Source: a virus
Lineage: Duplodnaviria; Heunggongvirae; Uroviricota; Caudoviricetes
Reading direction: 5' to 3' (one strand)
IMG/VR virus record: IMGVR_UViG_2582580984_000004
Length of the DNA stretch: 7,298 bases
Below the pieces are notes generated by a model that saw nothing but the letters and a program-made list of their open reading frames with translations, ran no database searches and was not told the origin of the DNA. The translations under genes and the position numbers were made by a program. Every line of letters starts with the position of its first letter. Positions within the stretch are counted from its first letter, which is position 1. Of the stretch, positions 1 through 5,241 are shown piece by piece.

Positions 1-1
1 G

Positions 2-340
2 GCGTCTCCAGTAGAGTGGCTGACGGATAATGGTTCATGCTACCGGGCTAATGAAACACGGCAGTTTGCCCGGATGTTGGGGCTTGAACCGAAGAACACG
101 GCGGTGCGGAGTCCGGAGAGTAACGGCATAGCAGAGAGCTTCGTGAAAACGATAAAGCGTGACTACATCAGTATCATGCCTAAACCAGACGGGTTAACGG
201 CAGCAAAGAACCTTGCAGAGGCGTTCGAGCATTATAACGAATGGCATCCGCATAGTGCACTGGGTTATCGCTCGCCACGGGAATATCTGCGGCAGCAGGC
301 CAGTAATGGGTTAAGTGATAACAGGTGTCTGGAAATATAG
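2..340 (+). CDS. insD: IS2 transposase OrfB (InsD), C-terminal part; 5' end lies outside the window
   Basis: The frame is open from position 2 ([35 protein letters not shown]...) with no stop until TAG at 338-340. The ORF track shows only 74-340 because it starts at the first Met. The DDE-integrase C-terminal signature HPHSALGY is present. Confidence 0.9.
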   Translation, partial: ASPVEWLTDNGSCYRANETRQFARMLGLEPKNTAVRSPESNGIAESFVKTIKRDYISIMPKPDGLTAAKNLAEAFEHYNEWHPHSALGYRSPREYLRQQASNGLSDNRCLEI

Positions 341-351
341 GGGCAAATCCA
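311..351. repeat. IS2 right terminal inverted repeat
   Basis: Terminal ~41 bp ending ...ggggcaaatcca at 351; base composition drops abruptly to AT-rich immediately after 351. Confidence 0.75.
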
Positions 352-574
352 GAGTATGACCAATGCTAATTAGTTCAATATTTCCGTTTATGATTGGGCT
401 AATGCATTTTTTTACAGCCCCTAAGTCATTGCAATATTTAGAGATCACTTCTATGAGTGATGGTGTCGTAATGGATAATTTGAATTGATCTATAGGGGAG
501 TTAATTATTTTTTGGTTTGTCGACAGACCAACTAGTGAGTAAAGAATATTTGTATCAATTATCATCCTGCTCAT
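352..574 (-). pseudogene. AT-rich gene fragment truncated by IS2; N-terminal 74 codons of a putative PIN-domain (VapC-like) protein
   Basis: ATG at 574-572 is preceded by AAAGGAG with ~7 nt spacing. Translation MSRMIIDTNILYSLVG...TTPSLIEVISKY has the PIN-like N-terminal IDTN motif (Asp7) and a Glu at ~42 in an S/T-x-L-x-E-hydrophobic context. The frame continues without a stop across the IS2 junction at 351 and ends inside the IS2 repeat at 311, so the last ~13 residues are IS-encoded. Low GC (~30%) versus ~50% elsewhere. Confidence 0.45.
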
Positions 575-773
575 ATAAATGCTCCTTTTTGAACGGTTGA
601 TTATTGTTATATCACATATCAATGCGCATTAGCATAGTGATTGTATTGTAACGTCCGCTTCTGGCACAAAGCGGACAACCACGCCAGATCTACCCTGTGC
701 CATGAAAAATGAGAATGTCAATTCACTCCTGAACTAATGCTTTTTAATCTAGTAACGTCTAAAATACCTAACA

Positions 774-1175
774 TTATCCCTGATAAAATGCCAGTATGCG
801 CTGCATAACTTCACTCATCCGGCACTCGCGACAGATTATGTTTAGGCGACTGTCGTAGCGACGTATTTCTCCATCAGGTAACGACCAGATAAGGTCCGGA
901 TCAACCACAGCTGTTTTCTTCACCTTTGCCCTCGATAGTTTTTTGCGGGCGTTTTGCCAGTCCTTACGCGCCTGTTCAGACGGGAATAACCCGTAGCCGG
1001 AGTTGTATACATCGCCACTGGCTACCAGCTCTCTGGCAAGAACGCTCATCAGATATCTAGTCGCACCTGTTTTAGCTTCCAGTTGCCGTAACGTCTCACG
1101 ACCGCTCTGGCGCACGAGTTCCACCACCTGCCCTTTAATTTTTTCCCGCTCTTCTTGTGTAAAAACTTTTGCCAC
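774..1175 (-). CDS. hypothetical protein, 133 aa, last gene of the minus-strand replication operon
   Basis: ORF-track entry; GTG start at 1175-1173 preceded by AAGGGGGA; 40-bp gap from the upstream initiator gene; no family recognised from sequence. Confidence 0.55.
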   Translation of the reverse strand: MAKVFTQEEREKIKGQVVELVRQSGRETLRQLEAKTGATRYLMSVLARELVASGDVYNSGYGLFPSEQARKDWQNARKKLSRAKVKKTAVVDPDLIWSLPDGEIRRYDSRLNIICRECRMSEVMQRILAFYQG

Positions 1176-1215
1176 AAGTCCCCCTTAAAATTACCTCATG
1201 ACCTGAAATCAAAAC

Positions 1216-2181
1216 TTATCCTCTGAAACCAGGCGGAATTTCTGTATCCGGTTCAGAAATATGATTCATACAACGCTGTACAGGTGAACGTCCCAGGCGG
1301 ATGACCAGTTCGTCCCATTTTTCGCGGAGTTTTGACGGGCTCATGATGTTTTTTACCCAGAATTGATCTCGCTGTACCCGACCAAACATTTCGCAAATTT
1401 GTCTGTGGCTTCTGCCATCCAGCATCCGCATTGTGCGCACGTCATTGGCCCAGGCTGTCCAGTTAGGCTCTTTTGGTCGCATGATCTCTCCATCGTCGCT
1501 GGCAGCCTGTTCGTAAAGGTTCACGATCCGCCCCCAAATCCACTGCGCACACGCCAAATCCTCCCTGCTACCCCACTGGCGTTTTTTCGCACTAAACACA
1601 ACCGCGTCGGGGTTCCGGGTTAAAAAATCCTGTTCAGCGGTCTGCGGGTCCGGTTGCGAAGCTTCCGGACGAAAAGTGTTTTTATTCTCTGTAGTAATCT
1701 CTGTTGTATTCTCTGTAAGATCATCAGGCCATTTTGACCCGATGACATTGGGTCGTTTTGAACCAATGGAGCGTTTCATTTTGACCTCTTCCATCGTGTC
1801 ATTTTGACCTGATGGAGCGGCGCATTTTAAACCGATGGATTCGCTCAATTTGCCACCATCTAAAAGCTCGCTCCCGTAGTTGATCGTGTAGAAATTGGTC
1901 ATATCGCGCTTTGATTTATTGAGCTTTTCACAACGCAAAAGCCCCAGCGTTTTCAGACTTGCAAACGCGCGCTTTAACGTTGACTCTGACCAGAATGGGA
2001 ACTGTTCCAGCCATTGTTCCGTTGTGTTGTAAATCCAGCGAACACCATCACATTCCATGCCGGAATTGGTATCTCTCAACCAGTAATGCAACTGCTGCAA
2101 CACAATGGCTTCATTTAAGCCAATCTTCATCGCAAGCTGTGTGTTTATAACCAGTGGGCGTTCAGCAAAAAGAAGGCTCAT
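1216..2181 (-). CDS. phage replication initiator (lambda O-like replisome organizer), 321 aa from ATG at 2181
   Basis: N-terminal winged-helix-like region (LNEAIVLQQLHYWL...IYNTTEQWLEQFPFWSESTLKRAFASLKTLGLL) typical of phage replisome organizers. The middle of the gene carries tandem iterons, as the lambda O gene carries ori-lambda. The ORF track starts at a TTG at 2235; the ATG at 2181 with a GGATGGAA upstream is the more plausible start. Confidence 0.7.
   Translation of the reverse strand: MSLLFAERPLVINTQLAMKIGLNEAIVLQQLHYWLRDTNSGMECDGVRWIYNTTEQWLEQFPFWSESTLKRAFASLKTLGLLRCEKLNKSKRDMTNFYTINYGSELLDGGKLSESIGLKCAAPSGQNDTMEEVKMKRSIGSKRPNVIGSKWPDDLTENTTEITTENKNTFRPEASQPDPQTAEQDFLTRNPDAVVFSAKKRQWGSREDLACAQWIWGRIVNLYEQAASDDGEIMRPKEPNWTAWANDVRTMRMLDGRSHRQICEMFGRVQRDQFWVKNIMSPSKLREKWDELVIRLGRSPVQRCMNHISEPDTEIPPGFRG
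1729..1842. repeat. five tandem ~22-bp iterons (consensus tcATTTTGACCnGATGGagcg) inside the initiator gene; putative prophage ori
   Basis: Repeat copies begin near 1729, 1754, 1776, 1799 and 1821; the third copy carries CCATC in place of GATGG. Adjacent at 1686-1721 are three 12-bp repeats (TCTCTGT-nnnnn) in an AT-richer stretch. Confidence 0.65.
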
Positions 2182-2683
2182 AATTCCATCCAGCTTTTTG
2201 TTGGTATTGCTGTCGATACGCAAGTTTGAAAGCAATTGCTTTTTCTATAAGTTCGTCAGTTTCACGATCCACTACGGCAGGATCAGCAAAAAGCAGTCCG
2301 GACTCCACCACATCGCCATATTCTTTGTTTAACCCGGCGATCATGTACGTGATGCTTTTTCCGTCACTAATTTCACGATACAACCTGAAATCATTAATCC
2401 GGATAGCCTCCATAATTGCAGGCACTAGCGCCGTGAACTTTTCACGCTTATCCCTAGTGTCGATAGCCTTCCAGCGTTCGAATATCTTCACTCGATTAAC
2501 GCCAAGCGCTCGCTGATCAACCGCGCCACCTTCATCTGTGACACGCTGAACATCGATGTTCGGGCGCTCTTTCAAAGCCCAGAATGCTTCAGTGATTAAT
2601 ATCGTCGCCTGCTCCTGTGTCATTCCTGGTCGACATATCCAGGCATCCAGAGCCTCACGAGCCTGTTCAGGAGTGATTTTCAT
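2162..2683 (-). CDS. hypothetical protein, 173 aa, between the Cro-like gene and the replication initiator (the position occupied by YdaT/CII-type genes in related prophages)
   Basis: ORF-track entry with ATG at 2683-2681; overlaps the end of the upstream gene by 17 nt and the start of the initiator by 20 nt, a compact operon layout; no family recognised from sequence. Confidence 0.55.
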   Translation of the reverse strand: MKITPEQAREALDAWICRPGMTQEQATILITEAFWALKERPNIDVQRVTDEGGAVDQRALGVNRVKIFERWKAIDTRDKREKFTALVPAIMEAIRINDFRLYREISDGKSITYMIAGLNKEYGDVVESGLLFADPAVVDRETDELIEKAIAFKLAYRQQYQQKAGWNYEPSFC

Positions 2684-2894
2684 TGTTCAACCGCCCCGCC
2701 CGCTTCGTCTTACGATATTCGTCATAAACCTTGGGATCATACAGAAGCTCGCCGCCAGATGCCTCCTGTAGACGCATCGCGCGACCTTCAGGAACCAGCT
2801 CTTGCCATTGAGAAACAGCAGATGGGTCAACGCCAGCAGCTTTCGCTACTTTGGCTTTCGTACCGTAAAAATTAATTACGTCTGATTTAAACAT
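2667..2894 (-). CDS. dicC: Cro-type small DNA-binding regulator (DicC/YdaS-like), 75 aa
   Basis: ATG at 2894-2892 preceded by a strong SD (GGAGGT, ~4 nt spacing). Divergent from the DicA-like repressor across a ~77-bp operator region. The ORF-track start at 2921 is a TTG extension and lacks an SD. The symbol is assigned from position and size, not from a confirmed sequence match. Confidence 0.7.
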   Translation of the reverse strand: MFKSDVINFYGTKAKVAKAAGVDPSAVSQWQELVPEGRAMRLQEASGGELLYDPKVYDEYRKTKRAGRLNNENHS

Positions 2895-2971
2895 CGCACC
2901 TCCAATATTGAGTTTTCTCAATGCTAATCACTCAAGGAATCTCAAGTCAAGGGTTATTAAGATATCTAAAT
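2895..2971. promoter_or_regulatory. divergent control region between the dicC-like and dicA-like genes, with operator-like repeats
   Basis: Inverted-repeat operator ATTGAG-tttt-CTCAAT at 2907-2922; CTCAAG direct repeats at 2931-2936 and 2941-2946, plus TCAAGG at 2947-2952; candidate -35 TTGACT (minus strand, 2950-2945) for the leftward promoter. Confidence 0.55.
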
Positions 2972-3379
2972 ATGAACGAGAAAACTTTAGGTCAACGCAT
3001 TAGAGAAAGACGTAAGCAGGTAGGCTTAAGTCAAAACGGTTTAAGCAAAGCTGCTGGCGTATCTGGCTCATCAATTTCATTATGGGAAAGTGACCATACA
3101 GCCCCGCGCGGGCAAAATTTGCATCGCCTCGCCGAGGTATTGCAATGTTCACCAACCTGGATACTGTTTGGCGACGAGGACAAAACACCAGCTCCCCCTG
3201 TTTCACTCGATAGTGCCTTAGACTTATCGGAAGATGAGTTAGAGATGCTGCGTTTGTATCGCGCACTTCCTAAATCAGAGCAACAAGCACAACTCAGCGA
3301 ACTCCGCGCCCGCGTTGAGAATTTTAATCGCCTGTTCACCGAGCTATTAGAGGCTCGCAAACGCAACAAGCATCAATAA
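2972..3379 (+). CDS. dicA: DicA-like HTH (XRE-family) prophage repressor, 135 aa
   Basis: Translation MNEKTLGQRIRERRKQVGLSQNGLSKAAGVSGSSISLWESD... has a classical XRE helix-turn-helix. It sits immediately upstream of a ydfA-dicF-dicB-ydfD array and divergent from a Cro-like gene. The ORF-track start at 2921 would leave no intergenic space, so the ATG at 2972 is preferred; no obvious SD precedes it. Confidence 0.8.
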   Translation: MNEKTLGQRIRERRKQVGLSQNGLSKAAGVSGSSISLWESDHTAPRGQNLHRLAEVLQCSPTWILFGDEDKTPAPPVSLDSALDLSEDELEMLRLYRALPKSEQQAQLSELRARVENFNRLFTELLEARKRNKHQ

Positions 3380-3417
3380 TCATCCCTTCACAAAATTTTA
3401 AAGCCTTACATTTCAAT

Positions 3418-3442
3418 GTATTGGCTTTATCTTGCGCCAATA
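3418..3442 (+). terminator. possible weak intrinsic terminator or attenuator hairpin downstream of the dicA-like gene
   Basis: Perfect 8-bp stem GTATTGGC/GCCAATAC with a 9-nt loop, followed by ttgagttttctc (U-rich but interrupted); it abuts operator copy O2. Confidence 0.3.
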
Positions 3443-3443
3443 C

Positions 3444-3495
3444 TTGAGTTTTCTCATCAAAAAACCTTGACGAAAAATAATGAGAAAACTAAATT
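3444..3495 (+). promoter_or_regulatory. putative repressor-controlled promoter of the dicB-type operon, flanked by two operator copies
   Basis: -35 TTGACG at 3467-3472, 17-bp spacer, -10 TAAATT at 3490-3495. Operator copy TTGAGTTTTCTCAT at 3444-3457 and an inverted copy aaTGAGAAAACTaaat at 3479-3494, both matching the 2907-2922 operator. Confidence 0.5.
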
Positions 3496-3571
3496 ACTTC
3501 CATCAAGACACCGCACGGTGTTCTCAGCAAACAGTTCCGCTACCCCGGCGTTAAGGGGAAATGAGGTCAGC

Positions 3572-3724
3572 ATGGATACTATCGATCTTGGCAACAGCGA
3601 ATCTCTGGTATGTGGCGTGTTCCCCAACCAGGACGGTACGTTCACCGCGATGACATATACCAAAAGCAAAACGTTTAAAACCGAATCTGGCGCGCGTTGC
3701 TGGTTAGCCAGAAACACTGACTGA
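3572..3724 (+). CDS. ydfA: small protein, 50 aa, YdfA-like (first gene of the dicB-type operon)
   Basis: ATG at 3572 preceded by GAGG with ~5 nt spacing; size and position match ydfA of the Qin dicB operon. The ORF-track start at 3416 is an unsupported upstream extension. Confidence 0.6.
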   Translation: MDTIDLGNSESLVCGVFPNQDGTFTAMTYTKSKTFKTESGARCWLARNTD

Positions 3725-3735
3725 TGAGGCTGACG

Positions 3736-4101
3736 ATGGAATTTAAAGATTTACCGTCTGATGTACAGAAAACAGCAGCTCATACATTGCATTCTGTGCT
3801 GCGAGAAATCGGGAAAGATATTGCAAGCGAGCCAGCAAAAGATCTGGCCCGGAAAATCAAGACCGCTTTCGTTGAGCTTTATAATGTTGGCACTGACTCT
3901 GAAACTGTCGAGACCAAGACCGTAAGTTCACCAATATTCTCACTTGAGCCAGGCGTATTATCAGGTGAAATATGCACCGAGATTTCCAGCGAACTGCTTC
4001 CGGTAATACGAGAAGCAATTTGCCGTCGCGGTTTGGATGGAAGTTACGATCATGACGTCCTGCAAGTTCTCAGGACAATGGTGACTTCACTGGGGATTTG
4101 A
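3736..4101 (+). CDS. hypothetical protein, 121 aa (the position of ydfB/ydfC in the Qin operon)
   Basis: ATG at 3736 preceded by GAGG (3726-3729, 6 nt spacing); an alternative ATG at 3724 overlaps the upstream stop (TGATG). Acidic protein; no family recognised. Confidence 0.6.
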   Translation: MEFKDLPSDVQKTAAHTLHSVLREIGKDIASEPAKDLARKIKTAFVELYNVGTDSETVETKTVSSPIFSLEPGVLSGEICTEISSELLPVIREAICRRGLDGSYDHDVLQVLRTMVTSLGI

Positions 4102-4270
4102 TCCCTGCGTCCTCTAACCTTTTGATATAGCGGTCCTCCAAGAAGCGGTAAATTTTGTCGAAATCATCTTTCCCCTCTGGTTTATTCAGAGGATTACAGG
4201 ACCCGTAAGTAGCGGCATACATTTCAACCGTTTTATCAAAAATATAAGAGACAAATTCTTCTTTAGTCAT
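4070..4270 (-). CDS. hypothetical small protein, 66 aa, convergent with and overlapping the 3' end of the 3736-4101 gene
   Basis: ATG at 4270-4268 preceded by AAGAAGGAAAT (SD-like, ~8 nt spacing). Translation MTKEEFVSYIFDKTVEMYAATYGSCNPLNKPEGKDDFDKIYRFLEDRYIKRLEDAGIKSPVKSPLS has a globular-protein-like composition. The plus strand has no ORF across 4102-4270. Confidence 0.45.
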   Translation of the reverse strand: MTKEEFVSYIFDKTVEMYAATYGSCNPLNKPEGKDDFDKIYRFLEDRYIKRLEDAGIKSPVKSPLS

Positions 4271-4545
4271 ATAGATTTCCTTCTTGGTTATTCGGGATAA
4301 GAAGGATACCACCTCGCCTGACGTGGTTAAAAGCAGGCATACAACACGAAAGCGCACGGCGAAGTTCGTCTCACTGTACGGTGTCGTTAAATTTAATTCG
4401 ACCGTGCGCTTCCGGTTGTGGCAACCCGCGAAATGGCGCGGCGGTAAGTATGGCGGGGTTATTCCTTCCCCGTTGAGGACACCGAGTTGTCAGGTTGACC
4501 ATACGCTTAAGTGACAACCCCGCTGCAACGCCCTCTGTTATCAAT

Positions 4546-4603
4546 TTTCTGGTGACGTTTGGCGGTATCAGTTTTACTCCGTGACTGCTCTGCCGCCCTT
4601 TTT
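4546..4603 (+). ncRNA. dicF: DicF small regulatory RNA (antisense regulator of ftsZ), about 53 nt plus U-tail
   Basis: Sequence tttctggtgacgtttggcggtatcagttttactccgtgactgctctgccgccc-ttttt matches DicF as I recall it; it lies just upstream of dicB as in Qin and ends in a GC-stem plus U-run terminator. Ends are approximate. Confidence 0.75.
4561..4603 (+). terminator. DicF 3' intrinsic terminator
   Basis: GGCGG (4561-4565) pairs with CCGCC (4593-4597), with an inner CAGT/ACTG pairing, followed by cTTTTT (4598-4603). Confidence 0.65.
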
Positions 4604-4772
4604 AAAGTGAATTTTGTGATGCGGTGAATGCGGCTGAGCGCACGCGGAACAGTTAAAACCAAAAACAGTGTTATGGGTGGATTCTCTGTATCCGGCGTTA
4701 ATTGTTAACTGGTTAACGTCACCTGGAGGCACCAGGCACCGCATCACAAAATTCATTGTTGAGGACGCGATA

Positions 4773-4961
4773 ATGGAAACGTTATTACCAAACGTTAATA
4801 CGTCTGAAGGTTGTTTTGAAATTGGTGTCACTATCAGTAACCCTGTATTTACTGAAGATGCCATTAACAAGAGAAAACACGAACGGAAGCTATTAAATAA
4901 AATATGCATTCTTTCAATGTTGGCCCGTTTACGTCCGATACAAAAAGGATGCTGGCAATGA
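4773..4961 (+). CDS. dicB: DicB cell-division inhibitor (MinC-dependent), 62 aa
   Basis: ATG at 4773 preceded by GAGGA (4761-4765, 7 nt spacing). Translation METLLPNVNTSEGCFEIGVTISNPVFTEDAINKRKHERKLLNKICILSMLARLRPIQKGCWQ matches DicB in length and, as far as I recall, in sequence. The ORF-track start at 4668 is an upstream extension. Confidence 0.8.
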   Translation: METLLPNVNTSEGCFEIGVTISNPVFTEDAINKRKHERKLLNKICILSMLARLRPIQKGCWQ

Positions 4962-5149
4962 ATACAGCATTTGCACTTGTTCTGACAGTTTTTCTTGTTT
5001 CCGGAGAGCCAGTTGATATTGCAGTCAGTGTTCACAGGACAATGCAGGAGTGTGTGACTGCAGCAACCGAACAGAAAATTCCCGGTAACTGTTACCCGGT
5101 CGATAAAGTTATTCACCAGGATAATAACGAAATCCCGGCAGGTCTTTAA
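4958..5149 (+). CDS. ydfD: YdfD-like small membrane protein, 63 aa
   Basis: ATG at 4958-4960 overlaps the dicB stop (ATGA, translational coupling); hydrophobic N-terminus MNTAFALVLTVFLVSG; size and position match ydfD of Qin. Confidence 0.7.
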   Translation: MNTAFALVLTVFLVSGEPVDIAVSVHRTMQECVTAATEQKIPGNCYPVDKVIHQDNNEIPAGL

Positions 5150-5241
5150 AACAGTTCCGTAATAAACATCCGATTTCATTCTTATATGCCAGCAATGGCA
5201 GGGATTTGTTCACCCTTAAATCTGTAATGAGGTAAAACAAA

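Larger units (their letters stand above)
1..351 (+). mobile_element. IS2 insertion sequence, right-hand portion (window begins inside the element; element ends at 351)
   Basis: 1-340 encodes the C-terminal part of an IS3-family transposase ending ...[31 protein letters not shown], which I recognise as the IS2 OrfB/InsD C-terminus; 311-351 (ttaagtgataacaggtgtctggaaatataggggcaaatcca) matches the IS2 terminal inverted repeat as I recall it. From memory, not from a search. Confidence 0.9.

Noticed and set aside
1003-2771. Plus-strand ORFs 1003-1188, 1363-1623, 1959-2150, 2105-2332, 2226-2516 and 2556-2771
   Set aside because: Each is antisense to a better-supported minus-strand gene of the replication operon; short, no convincing RBS, compositionally odd.
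2895-2921. TTG and GTG N-terminal extensions used by the ORF track (for example 2921, 2235, 622, 4357)
   Set aside because: In each case an internal ATG with a better-placed Shine-Dalgarno sequence exists, and the extension would erase an intergenic regulatory region or overlap a neighbouring gene excessively. The GTG at 1175 was retained because it has an SD and no better alternative.
3000-3369. Minus-strand ORFs 3000-3266 and 3031-3369
   Set aside because: Antisense to the DicA-like repressor gene, which has a clear helix-turn-helix motif; shadow ORFs.
3416-3717. Extended 102-aa form of the ydfA-like ORF (start 3416) and the antisense ORF 3457-3717
   Set aside because: The 3416 start lies inside the putative promoter/operator region and has no SD; the internal ATG at 3572 has a good SD and gives the expected ~50-aa product. 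The minus-strand ORF is its shadow.
4284-4514. 76-aa plus-strand ORF upstream of DicF
   Set aside because: No RBS, basic low-complexity translation, and it lies in the structured non-coding leader that is expected to be processed to release DicF.
4574-5179. 201-aa minus-strand ORF
   Set aside because: Antisense to DicF, dicB and ydfD, which are supported by recognisable sequence and ribosome-binding sites; Cys-rich low-complexity translation; no SD.
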